63,395 bases of DNA, from positions 292,082,001 to 292,145,395 of the forward strand of contig NC_091469.1 in the NCBI RefSeq assembly GCF_036971445.1. Direction: 5' to 3'. Positions 14,384 through 26,100 of the stretch are shown piece after piece. The notes below the pieces were generated by a model. That model searched no databases, was not told the origin of the DNA, and saw nothing but the letters and a program-made list of their open reading frames with translations. The DNA comes from Narcine bancroftii. Taxonomy: Eukaryota. Numbering within the stretch: position 1 is the first letter of the stretch; the number at the start of each line of letters is the position of its first letter. The position numbers and the translations under genes were made by a program.

Positions 14384-14738
14384 CAGACAGTCCCCAGGTT
14401 ACAAACAAGATTCATTCCTGTGTCTGTCTTTAAGTTGAATTTGTAGATAAGTCAAAACAGGTACATATGGTTCTTATTTCGGATCAGTTAGCCAAATGTT
14501 TGTCTTAGTACTGTAAAAAAATTAAAGAAAGTCCTTAAAACAGTTTAGACAGAAAAAAAGAAAAAAGATCATGATTAAAAGTTAACACTTACTCTCATTC
14601 CATTGATTTCATGCAAACTGGAAGGGGCATTCGTCAGGTAACATTAATGTGCATGTGCAGATTGGGGGCACATGCATGGATTTGAGGCGTAAGTACGAGT
14701 TGTCCGTAAGTCAAATATTAGTAACCTGGGACTCCCTA
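14384..14738. mobile_element. Tigger-type MITE
   Basis: TA|CAGACAGTCCCCAGGTTACAAA ... TTAGTAACCTGGGACTCCCTA imperfect TIRs, with internal GTAAGTC subterminal repeats. Confidence 0.65.
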
Positions 14739-14829
14739 TCTATCTATGTCTTTCAACATTCAAAATGTTTCAATGAGGTCGCTCCTCGTTCTCCAAAATT
14801 CCAATGGGCACAGGCCAACAGCTGTCAAA

Positions 14830-15960
14830 GTGAAAGACGAAAGTCTGCAGATGGTGTGAATGTCATAAAATCATAGAATTGCTGGAGGAACTTAGCAGGT
14901 CTTGCAGAGCCCATAGGAGGAAATGATATATAACCGACATTCCAGGCCTGAGCCCTTCTTCAAGGTATGAGCAAAAAGCAGGCAGGTCCCTGAATTAAAA
15001 GGCTGGGGAGAATGGAATTTTAAAATTTAGACATATAGCACAATGCACGTCATTTCAGCTCACAAGTCTGTGCTGCCCATAAACTGACACACCCAGTACG
15101 TTTTGAACAGTGGGAGGAAACTGGTGCCCCTAGAGAAAACCCACAGTCATGGGGAAAATGTATAAACTCCTTAGAGGCAGTGCGGGACTCGAACCCCAGT
15201 CCAGTCCCAATCTCTGGTGTCTGTAAAAGCGTTATGCTAACCACTACACCAACTGTGCCACCTTCAATGGGCAGGAGTACAGACCAACAGACAAAATTGG
15301 ATATGGATAGGAAAGGAGAGAGGAAAGTTGAGAATTGACTGGAGTGTTTTTGGCTCTGTGAAAACAGAACTGGGTGAAAGGTGACACAAGGAAAATTGAG
15401 GTGGGTGGGGTAGTGGGCTGACTGAAACCGGAGAAGTCGACATTAATGCTATCCAGTTGGAGGGTGCCCAGATGGAAAGTGAGAAGGGAATCCTGTCATT
15501 GATGCACGTGGGAGCGAAAGGGGCAGATGTGTGGGTAATGGAAGATATGCAGATGAAGGCCAAAATGATGGCGGTAGAGGGGAGGCCACATTTTTGAAGG
15601 ACATCTCAGATGATCTAGCATAGATGACCTCATCCTGGAAACAGATGCAATGGAGATGGAGGAATTGAAAGAAAGGAATAGAATCCTTACAGGGGACAGG
15701 GTGTGAAGATGTGTAGTCAAGGTAGCTATGAGAGTTGATGGGTCTGCACAAGATGTCTGTTGAGAATTTGTCTCCCGAGATGGAGACAGAGAGATCGAGA
15801 AAGGGGAGAGTGTTGCTTGAGATAGAACAAGTAAATCGAGGTTGGGATGGAAATTAGCAGCAAAATGGGTAAACTGGACGAGCTCAACATAGGTGCATGA
15901 TATAGCGGAGGAGCCTTCCCTGTAGCATAAATTGCTCTACATAGCTAACAATAAGACAGG
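14830..15960 (-). mobile_element. Penelope-like element remnant, interrupted by a SINE at ~15020-15260
   Basis: Minus frame SHSYLDYTSSHPVPCKDSIPF.QF...IC.QDE...ARSSEMS is typical of the PLE RT C-terminal region. The pseudo-LTR-type end at 14830-15010 carries a hammerhead-like motif. Confidence 0.75.
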
Positions 15961-16249
15961 GATATGCCTAATCATCCACCTTTGGCATTTATTGCATTTT
16001 CATCAACAACATCGTGGGAACTGTCAGCACTGACGAGGAACTCAACTGGACTAGCCACATGAATGCCACAACAGTTCTCAGCTGTGCTGTCCAAAAACAG
16101 TGATTCGCCTCCTGCCACCTTAAACTCCCTTCACCATTTTTAAGGCACATCAGCAGTTGATGAAATACTCTCCATCTCCACCTGTCTCAAGGCATGCAGT
16201 CAAACAACTTTCAAGCTTGACAACATCCCGAACAATTAGCTCATCCCTT

Positions 16250-16700
16250 TCACCACTCTGACTGCATTTAACCCCGTCTCCACCACTGTGGCTGTATTTA
16301 ACCCCGTCTCCACCACTGTGGTTGTTTTTAACCCCATCTCCACCACTGTGGCTGTTTTTAACCCCGTCTCCACCACTGTGGCTGTTTTTAACCCCGTCTC
16401 CTCCACTGTGGCTGTATCATAACCCCGTCTCCACCACTGTGGCTGTATTTAACCGTCTCCACCACTCTGACTGCATTTAACCCCGTCTCTACCGTGACTG
16501 TATTTAACCCCGTCTCCACCACCATGACTGTATTTAACCCCGTCTCCACCACCGTGACTGTATTTAACCCCGTCTCCACCACCGTGAATGTATTTAACCC
16601 CGTCTCCACCACTGTGACTGTATTTAACTCCATCTCCACCACTGTGACTGTATTATAACCCCATCTCAATCACTGTGACTGTATTATAATCCCCATCTCT
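16250..16700. repeat. 30-bp minisatellite, about 15 copies
   Basis: Unit TTAACCCCGTCTCCACCACTGTG(G/A)CTGTAT in direct tandem. Confidence 0.92.
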
Positions 16701-17594
16701 AAACATTATTAAACATTGCTTCATTTTCTGCCTCACAGCCATTCTAGCTCTCATCAAAGATGGGGATACACCAATCAGAGCTTGCATGGAAAATATGCTG
16801 TCAGGAGCTTGCAGCATCACGTCAGCCTTATCCTGAGTGCAGTGCACAATCAGTACTACCCCCTCTCAATAAGGCAACATTCCTAGCATCACCTCTACAT
16901 CCGTGCAGCACACACTCAGACAGACAGTCTCTCTTCGATTCTATCATCAGACCTTTATCTCAAATCCTTCCTTTGCTCCTAGTTCTTTTATTGTCAAAGA
17001 TGCACAACACAGAAATAAGCCCTATGCCCCACCACATCTGTGCCAAACTCTTTGTCCATTTCCATTAATTCCATTTTCCATTGTCCATATCCTTCTATGT
17101 TTTGCCTATTTATTTCTTGTCTGCCAACAATTTTGAATGACAGCCTAACCTTTGCCCATATTCAGTCTTCTGGCCTGTCTGCTAAGAATTGGCTTTTTCA
17201 AAGATCAGGCTAAGGAGGCAAATAACAACCAATTGTGCTACCAACACTGGTTAAAACATTTGTCAAAGAACCAGGAGCTGAGAAAGATTAGGTTTTGCAA
17301 AACAGGCAATGCTGGAAATCCTTCTGGTTCACATGCCCTGAGAATTGGGATTGCAAGGCATTTCTAGGTGGTACACATTACAGTTGCACTGATGGGAACC
17401 CAACCTTCCATCAGTTGGTGGCTAAAAAGACTCCACAAGTGATCCTGGGCTTCAACTGTAGTACTTTGCAAGAAGAATAAGGAAAAAATGCCTAATATAT
17501 AATTACTTTTACATCCTTAAAATACAAGCCCTAGAACATTCAGCCTCAAAACAATATTTCTTAATATTCCTAACTGATCTGTGAAGATTATAAG

Positions 17595-17812
17595 GGCAGT
17601 ATGGTTAGTGCAACGCGCAAGTGACTAGAGTTTGAATCTGACATTGCCTTGAAGGAGTTTGTACATTCTCCCCATGTCTGCATGGGCTTCTTTTGGGTGC
17701 TCCAGTTTCCACCCACCCTTCAAAACGTACCACAGGTGTTTGTCAATTGGGTAGCACAGGCTGTAGGCTGAAAGGGCCAGTTGCCATGCTATATGTCTAA
17801 ATTTAAAAACTA
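17595..17812 (+). mobile_element. tRNA-derived HE1/V-SINE-like SINE (representative copy)
   Basis: Degenerate A/B-box head and core GGAGTTTGTACATTCTCCCCATGTCTGCATGGG...GCTCCAGTTTCC. Related copies at ~15020-15260(-), ~29930-30070(-), ~39605-39810(-), ~49010-49160(+) and ~51150-51360(+). Confidence 0.7.
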
Positions 17813-20099
17813 TATTAAAAATTATTAAATGAAAATGATGTATATTTGATTGATTTTACCTGTACTACTTTAACAAATTGAAACAAAGCCCACAATATAC
17901 TACAAGCTAGCTCTTTTAATTATTTTCAAATATAGATACATATAAATGCATGTCAGGATAAAGATACCCCAAAGAAACAGCAGATAATCTTTTAAAATTC
18001 CAGCAACCCAAGAGATATTATGAAATCCCAAATACATCTCTTGATTTCATTTGAAATTAATGACTGAGCTTTCACAGTGTGTGTGTGTGTGTGGGGGGGG
18101 GGGGGAGAGGGGGAAAATAGAATTCCAGATTCATCTACTTCTGAGTAAATAAATTTCTCCCTATTTAACACAGAAACCCAGAATGGCTGACCCTTTATTG
18201 TGAGTTTATGACACATAGTGTATTCTCCCTAATATCTGCCCTCTATATATATGTTGTTAGTTATAGGGATATTAAAGGATATGGAGATCATAATTTGACC
18301 TGCAAAAGATTTAGAGGTAATGGGAAAATTGAGATTAAACATTAAACAGAACCAATGATTTATCATAACCAAAGTTTAAACAGGAAATATATCAGGTTCA
18401 CTGTAAAAGTTCTTCAATTCAGCTTGTTTGAAGCTTAGGCAATGAGTTCTTGCAGAGAATTGTTGAAATGTGGTTTAAAGATTAGATGTGGAGAGAAGAC
18501 AATTAAAAACCAACCTAAATTAACAAGCTAACAGAAATGAAATTGGAGCTTGAATAGGAAATTGAGTTCAGTGTATTTCTGGTTGTGGTCATCTGTGGAA
18601 GTTCATATCGGTGAACCATTAATTCTGTTCCTCTCTAGAGAAAAGATGCCTACCCTGAGCTTTTCCATAGGTTTCTGTATTATTTCCTTCCTGGAAAGCT
18701 GAAAACATTAAAAATCGAGAAGAAAGTCAATGACATCTGGGCTCCTCACATGCATCATTAAAATGCCAACATCAGCAATGGGGAATGTTTCCTGGTGTAG
18801 ACAGCTGACAATTAACAGAATAACTTATAAAAACAAATGATGCAAAGGAACAAGGTGGAGGCTCAAGCAAAGAGGATAGATGACATGTCTTCCTGCAATT
18901 GGATATTGCAAGATACTGAGGTTTAAATTGACATAATATAGAAGGGGAAAATAGTGCAGGATTTCAGGTTAATTGAGAACCTGTGGATATTTTGAAATGT
19001 CAGCTAACCCCAAAGAAGAAAAAGAGTGAAGAAAAAAAACCTTTCACCTACCATTCACAACTACTTGTAATGACTGTTATAGATAGAGAATTTAGGTTAA
19101 AAAGGGCTTAAGTTAAAATGTGATGATTAATCATAAAAGGGGAAGCCAGAATAGACAGGGAGCTTACCATAAAAGTTTAGCTGGACAATGTTATAACAGA
19201 GATCTTTCATGGTCACAAAGAGACATGTAGAAGCCAAAGATTGATAAAAGAGTGAAAAACAGAATTTAGTGTGTGCAGAGTTCGTAGTGTACGTGACTAA
19301 CATGATAATTACAAATGCAAGTGTACTTAGAATGATTTTGCAAAAACTAACCAATTAAAACAGTGTTAAAGAGGAGGGGAAGGACAAGCAAAAAAGGTAT
19401 AAAAATCAATGCACTGTATGTATCGGGGCTTGACTTGGCGAGAAGCCAGTTGAGTCCAACTCTGCAGACTTGTAAATAAAGCTTGTCGTGTCACCGACTT
19501 TAAAGAGACTCATGTGTGAGAATTTGTACTTCTGACAATGACAAAACTCACTATCAAAAAAGCTCATCAATATAAAATCTTGGGCAACAGCAAGGGTGGG
19601 GTAACAAAAGAGATCATTGCACTGTGGGGTAAGTGTGGCACTGGGGGAGATCCCCCACTGGGGCAGGGGGCGGCCCTGAGGGAGCTCCCCCACTGGGTAA
19701 CGATGAACCCAGTTCCCGGTGGGCAGCTGCTCAAGAGTCTGGGATGGATTGGAATAATTTCGGATCAGACGGTTACCATGGAGGCTATTCGGCCCATCGT
19801 GCCGTTCTGCTTTATAGCGATTCCCATTCGACATTCCCTCGAACCCACTCTGTATCCTCGGAACCTCCACCAACAACAGTCGTTCACCGCCTATAATTAC
19901 ACTCGCCCCACCTTGTGCAGGGCGCGGCGACAGGATGCCAACTGGGGCCGGGGTACAGGTAGGCCGGGGGAACAGGCAGGCCGCGGGAGCAACTTAATGA
20001 ATCCCTACGCCCTTGTGCCATGAATAGGGGCTGGCATCAGTCCAGATGACAAGTTCCCAGCCTCAGTCCCCGGTTGGATTTGCTCCCTACACGTCTCAC

Positions 20100-20118
20100 C
20101 TCGGTTCCTCTCCGCCAT
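20100..20118 (-). CDS. BET1L: BET1-like Golgi SNARE (GS15), coding exon 1 only (MAERNR+G)
   Basis: Minus strand reads aagATGGCGGAGAGGAACCGAG|gtgag: 19 coding nt, phase 1, matching the short first coding exon of vertebrate BET1L (MADWAR+). It lies head-to-head with RIC8A as in human. No downstream exons were recognised in 1-20099, so the call rests on synteny and exon size. Confidence 0.7.
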
Positions 20119-20273
20119 CTTAACACGCGCTGACTTCTGGGAAAGTGAGGGGACGGACAGCTGTCAATCACGGTGCGTAAGGACGGGGCTTGTGACGTAC
20201 AGATGGGGCGGGTTCAAACCCAAGGGCAGGGTTTGGTGCCATGGGCACAACACGTCACCGCGGGCGCGCCGCC
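20119..20273. promoter_or_regulatory. Compact CpG-rich bidirectional promoter/5'UTR region shared by BET1L and RIC8A
   Basis: 155 bp between divergent ATGs. YY1-type CCGCCATCTT overlaps the BET1L start; CRE-like TGACGTAC (~20193), GC box GGGGCGGG (~20205) and CACGTCA (20251). CpG density is high relative to the flanks. Confidence 0.7.
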
Positions 20274-20357
20274 ATGGATGTGAGCGCGCTGTTGGAGCGG
20301 GCGGGGAGCGGCGACCAGGATAGGGCATTGCCTGCGCTGCAGCACTTCATCGCCGAG
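20274..20357 (+). CDS. RIC8A: RIC8A (synembryn-A, G-alpha chaperone/GEF) exon 1
   Basis: gccgccATGG Kozak; MDVSALLERAGSGDQDRALPALQHFIAE (84 nt), donor GAG|gtgggc. Same length as the vertebrate first coding exon. Confidence 0.88.
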
Positions 20358-20389
20358 GTGGGCCCCGCGGCACCGGTCGGGCTGTCCTT

Positions 20390-21230
20390 ACACTCCCCCC
20401 TTCCCTAGACCCCCCCTCCCTCACCTTAACCCTCCCTCAACTTAACCCCACCTTCTCACACCCCCCACCTCAACCCCCTCATCTTTACCCCACCTCCTCA
20501 CAACCCCATTCCAATCCCCCACCTCAAACCCCTTCACCTTAACCCCACTTCTTTACACCCCCCATTCCACCCCCCCACCTCAAACCCCCTCACCCTAACC
20601 CCCACCTCAAAACCTCTCACATCTCCCCTAACCCACCCCCTCATCACACCCACTCCAATCCCCTACCTCAAACCCCCTCACCCACCCCCCTCTCACCTCC
20701 CCCACTCCAACCTCCTCACCCCAACCACCCACCTCAAATCCCCCTCACTCACTCCCATCACACACCCTCCTCACACCTCCACATCAGTCCATGAGCCCTC
20801 AACACCTCCCCACCCTTAACTCATTCCTCATACCCCCACACCAGTCCCTGAGCCCCATAACACCTCCCCACCCCTAACCCCCACAAACCCCCAGCACATA
20901 TCTCTCCTAACCCACCCTCTTCACACCCCCTCATGCTCCACTCCTAACCCCCTACCTCAAACCCTGACACCCCATCACACACCCTCACAACCCCTGCACC
21001 TCATGTACCCCCTAATGCTCCCACACCCCCTTCACACACACCCCCATGCCCCCCTCACACACCCCATTCCTAACCCCTTCCCATACTCCACCCCTAACAC
21101 CTCCACCTCACACACCTCACTGCCCCCCTTGTTTGCCCCCCCCTCGTGCACTCCCCAGTCCCTGATTCTATCCCTCTCTCCACAGTCCTCACCACCCCAA
21201 TCCCTCACCAACCCCCAATCCCTCACATCT
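20390..21230. repeat. C/A-rich low-complexity tract in RIC8A intron 1
   Basis: Almost G-free plus strand built of CCCCACCTCAAACCCC / CCTAACCC / CACACCC variants. Confidence 0.85.
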
Positions 21231-21960
21231 ATCCTGCTTCTCTTTATGTTGATTGTCAATGATTCGGATTATGGTTTGGATCACCACTTGGCCAAGTTTG
21301 TGGTCAATACAAAAATACAGAGGAGGAGCAGGTAGTATTGAAGATGCACTGTCTGCAGAAGGATTTAGGAAATTGGGCAAGGAAATGGCAGAAGGAGTTC
21401 AAGGCAGAGAAGTGCAATTTTTTAGAAGGCATAAAGGCATAGATTAGTTTCTAAACAGGCAACAAAGGATTTGGGTGTCTCAAGCAAGACTCCCTGAAGG
21501 TCAACCTGCAGGTAGAGTTGGTGGTAAGGAAGGCAAATGGATTGTTGGTATTGATTTCAAAAAGGATCGAATATAAGGAAGGGATGTGATGTTAAGGCTT
21601 TATAAGGCATTGGTCAGTCCACACTTGGAATATTGTTAGCAGTTTTGCGCTCCATATCTAAGGAAGGATGTGCTGACATTGGAGAAGGTCCAGAGGAGGC
21701 TGGGAGACCTGCTGAGTTCCTCCAGCACTTCTGTGTTTTTACTGAAACAGAGACTATCCATTCCCCATCACAGATGCTGCCTCCCCTGTGAGTCCGTCCA
21801 GATGTATTTAGTTCCAGATTCCAGTATTTGCCATCTCATCTCTTCAGATCTTTTCTGCAATTTGTGCACTACTTTGAATGCTTACTTTATCTAGTCACCA
21901 TCAGACCTTTTTAATATTTCCCAATCCACTCTCCCCTTGCACTCTCTTCTTTCTTTAGCT

Positions 21961-22383
21961 CAGGGGACCCCAAACTTTTAAACTATCGACCCCTTCATAG
22001 AAATCTTGATCCCTCCCTCATCAACCCCCTCAGGCATAGAATCCCAGTGCTGGATGGTTGGGGGGGGGGGGGGGGGCGGCTACCAAAAGTACAAAGAACA
22101 CATACATCTGACCTCCCGTTCACTCTCAACTTATTCAAAAGCCAAAGCCAAATACAGCATGGCAGCCACCAAGGCCTGCTCTCGCAAGATGTTGGCCACC
22201 ACTACCATAAGCCATTTTTTCTGTTGATCTGACCTTGCTTTCCACTGCAAAAATTCAATTGACTCTCCCCATTCTCGTATCAACCCCTTTTTGACCCCCA
22301 GACGTTTATTGACTCCTGGGATAGTCCCATTGACTCCCCCCCAAGGGTCAATATCGATCACTTTACTACTTTGGAGACCCCTG
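21961..22383. mobile_element. hAT (Charlie-like) non-autonomous element
   Basis: TIRs CAGGGGACCCCAAA / TTTGGAGACCCCTG; degenerate 8-bp TSD CTTTAGCT / GTTTAGAT. Confidence 0.75.
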
Positions 22384-23072
22384 GTTTAGATGTATGACCA
22401 GAGTATTGGATTGAAATCCGTCACCTTCAAACTTAATATTATTCAAGTCTGGTCTTTTTCACAAGGCAGAGTTGTCACACAAACGTGTTGGTCTTTGTTA
22501 TATATGGCACTGCAAGACCTGCTGAGTTCCTCTAGTATTTCTGTGTTTGTACAATCACAGTGTCTACAGACTTCGTGTTTCACTCCATTCAGTTTATATT
22601 TCAGGTCGGAATTTAGGAGAATGAAAATGGGCTGAATAGCCTATTTCTGCTCCTATGTCTTAGAGTGCTGTGATTTGAGTTGTTCCAGAGAGTGGAACAG
22701 ATATTCACTGAACTGGCTCTCGGGATGGCATGTCTGCTCTGTGGTTTGGGACTGTATTCTCTTTAGGGAATGTGGTTGTGGAGGTTCGGTAAACAAGGTT
22801 ATTCCAAACAGAGATTATGATGTTTCTGGACATGAGGGAATTGAATAGTGCTGAGCCACAGCAGTCTAGGGGCTGAACAGCCTTCTCCTCTTTCATCTCT
22901 TCTTGTGAGGGCCTCTATGCAAAACATTCCTATTTGTACATTCAATGGCGCTCTAGTCTCATCAACCATTGGTCCATCAGTTTCTTGTCTTTCTCGAGCT
23001 GATCTTAGGGAGAGTAATCTATTTTTGTTTTTTTTTTTTGCCCTCTTGTAATCATTCTCCCTTTCCTTTCAG

Positions 23073-23120
23073 AATTCACAATGTTTCCTGTTCGACATGG
23101 AGGGGAGAGACCAAAGGCGG
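23073..23120 (+). CDS. RIC8A: RIC8A exon 2
   Basis: Pyrimidine tract ctttcctttcag|, NSQCFLFDMEGRDQRR (48 nt; cf. human HSQSFTFDDAQQEDRK), donor |gtaagg. Confidence 0.9.
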
Positions 23121-26100
23121 GTAAGGTGCAGATGTGGCAAATGCTGGCTGGACAACACAGGAATAGATCGTGGGAGCTGTGGGCTGGCATGGGCATGGGC
23201 AAGGGAATGGGAAGTGGATGGACAGGGATGGAAATAGGTGAGCTGGAGGGGAGAGGATTGTCCTGGCAGTGAGGAGATGAAAACAGATGGGAAAGGGGAG
23301 TGATGGGATCTGGGGAGTTTCGGGACAGTGGTGTTACATAGGTGGAGGCAGAGTGCGTGGGAAGAGTGTGGAGCAAAGGCACAGGGATTTGGAGAACAAC
23401 GAATGAGGAGTTTTGAGGCTGATTTATTTTTGAGAGACAGTAGCAAGGGCAACATTTAGAACAAAACAGTGCAGCACAGTACAGGCCCTTTGGTCCACAA
23501 TGCAATACTCCATAGCAATCTAATCCTTCCCTATCTCACACCCGGTAACTCTCAGTCTATGTATTTAAATGTCTTTTAAATGCCCCTATTGTTCCAGCCT
23601 CCATCACCACCTCTGGCAATGCATTGCAGGCACCCACCACTCTGTGTGCAAAAAAAAACCTACCATTGACATCTCCTCTAAACTTTCCTTAAACTGATGT
23701 CTTCTGTTATTTGCTGTTGTCATCCTCAGAAAAGGATGCTGGCTGTCCACCCTATCTATGCCTCTATTAAGTCACCTCTCATCCTTTGTCACTCCAAAGA
23801 GAAAAAATTGTTGAGCATTGTTAGTGGTATAAGTGGTGGAGTGTGAATGTTGTACAGAGAAGGCTTGAGGTCTGTCCATTCTACCCTGAATGCAGCAACA
23901 CGGGCCAACAGTCAAAACAAAATGCTGGAGAAACTCAGCAGGTCAAACAGTGTCCTTTATGTAGCAAAGGCTACATAACTGACGTTTCAGGCTTTTGCCC
24001 TTAATCAAAGTATGAGAAAATGCCAGTGAGCGTCAGAACTAAAGAGTGGGATGGGGAAAGGGGGTGATGATAGGTGGAGAAGGGAGGGAGGGGAAAGCAG
24101 CGCTGAGGGGGAAGTTGTCGGGGGGGAGAGGCCAACAGATTGCTGAAGAAAGCAGACAGTGTGTTTGCCTTCATGGGCTAGAGCATAGAATGTAAGAGAA
24201 TGGGATGTGATGTTGCAACTTTCCAAGACATTGGACAAACTGTTTTTAGAGTCTTGTGAGCAGTTTTAGTCCCCACACTCCAGGAAGGGTGTTGGGCTTC
24301 AGTGATGAGGAGACATTAGATAGGCTGGGTTTGTTTTCCCTGGAGCAAATAGGGTGAGAGTTGGCCTGATTGGGCTACTTGAATTTATAATATGTGCAGA
24401 TGTGGTAGTCAGGATAGTTAGGATTGGGTTATCAAAGAATGCACAGGTTTGAGAAAGCAGGTTTAAAGGGGATCTGAGGGATAATTCTTTTTACACAGAG
24501 AATGGCAGATATCTGGAACTCTATCAGGGGATATGATAGAATCAGATACTGTACAATAAATATCCCAGTGGCATTGAAGGAGATGGTCCCCCATGTGGAT
24601 TAGTGTAGATGGGGAATCGTGGACTTGGTGGGATGAAGGGCCAGTCTTATTCTGTTTATTGCCTGTCCTTATTTTTTGAGAAGGTAGGATGGGTTGCTTC
24701 TTGAACTGACGCATCCTCCCTATGAGGATGCCCCCACGTGTGCTGTTTGTTCGGGGGCTGTCGTAGTTGGGATCAGTGGGATGGAGGAGTGGCTCAGGAT
24801 GGTGTGCGACTAGGAGGGGTGTGATTTTTTTTTTTTTTTTTCCCCACCCCACCACCCCCCCCTCTGCTCGCTGACCTTGTTTGACATCACCCAAGACAAA
24901 GTGGCAGTTGTTCAACATCCTATCCCCAGCCTGAACTCCAACCCTTCTCCACCAGTGTACACCGTCCACCATGGTTAATCTCCCAGGTTACTCTAACAGA
25001 GGGGAGTACTATTCCTTCCCAACGGTACTGTGGGAACACCTCCCTAAGGACCAGCTCCTGGAACAGGGTGAGGAAATCTCTGTCATGGTTCCTGCCTGAT
25101 CAATGATTCTTTGGATTCAGAATGTTTGATTCTCCTCGGTTTGTGTCTGCATGAGGACCATTCTTCAGTGAACATGATGGGTGGAGCAGTATTAGCTTGG
25201 AATGACCTCTCTTCACCTCTCTTGAGCTTTGACTGAAGTTTTAAGCTTCTTACTGTCTTCTCTTATCTCGGCCTGAGTCCTGACCATCCACGAAACCTCG
25301 ACTTCATCCACTGACCTTGTGGAACTCCTTAACCAGTATGTCTTAATTGGCAGGATTCAAATTCCGAACAAAATAAAGAAACCACCCAGTCACTCAATGA
25401 GCCCTCCCCCATGCACCCAACCCCCCCCCCCCCAAAACCGGCTGCCTGACCCCCCAACACCCCTCCCCTGGCCGTCTGACCCCCCCATCCACCCAACCCA
25501 GCCCCCCTACACCTCCTCCCCAGCTGACCAGTTCCCAACCCCGGCCACACAACACCACCTAGCCAATCAGGTGTATTTAGTGAGATAGGATTGAGTTGAA
25601 AGAACATTGGTAAATACGATGTACTCAGCACAGAGGAGGGAGCTGTTGATGAGGATCCTTCACTGCAGAACCCTGCTGCAACATCTGACAAAACAGACCT
25701 CAAGATGGCCCTGCCCCTTCCACTGCAGTCTAGCCTCCCACCCTCCCCCTATCTTAAGTGTGCATGACCAGTCCATGGGTATCTATCATGCCTGTAATCT
25801 CACTCCATATTAAGAGCTGTCCCCTGTAATCAGTTTCACAGCAGAGTTGATGCCTCTACTGTCCAATGGAATTTGTACTACTACCCTTCCCTTTATCCAC
25901 CCCACCCAGAAGAGAGGAGTGTGAGATGGGCTTGAACCTGCAGAGAGGATATTGGTTGTGAGGACTTGCTAGAACCATAGCCTCACAGTGGGTCAGGCAT
26001 CTGAGCTCCTGTTCTGTGGTTCTGGCCCCCAGCCAGCTGGATGTTTACTCTTGGATTTATTGGGACAGGTACAGAGGGCAGGGTGTGCACCTCAGTGAGG

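Noticed and set aside
16250-16700. Regular ~30-bp repeats as a possible CRISPR array (also 51800-52185 and 54075-55225)
   Set aside because: Head-to-tail units with no unique spacers, no cas genes, and a vertebrate intronic context.
17595-17660. tRNA gene
   Set aside because: Degenerate tRNA-derived SINE head with no complete cloverleaf, followed by SINE core sequence.
19160-19520. Possible BET1L exon 2/3 ends (..LKS|gtga at ~19495; ATG|gtaag at ~19165)
   Set aside because: In-frame stops lie immediately upstream in the required frames and there is no BET1L similarity.
19406-20023. Overlapping 156- and 161-aa ORFs beside the BET1L/RIC8A promoter
   Set aside because: No recognisable domain or splice support; long ORFs arise by chance on GC-rich island flanks.
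20390-21230. Interstitial telomeric array
   Set aside because: Only scattered CCTAAC words in C-rich low-complexity DNA; no tandem (TTAGGG)n.
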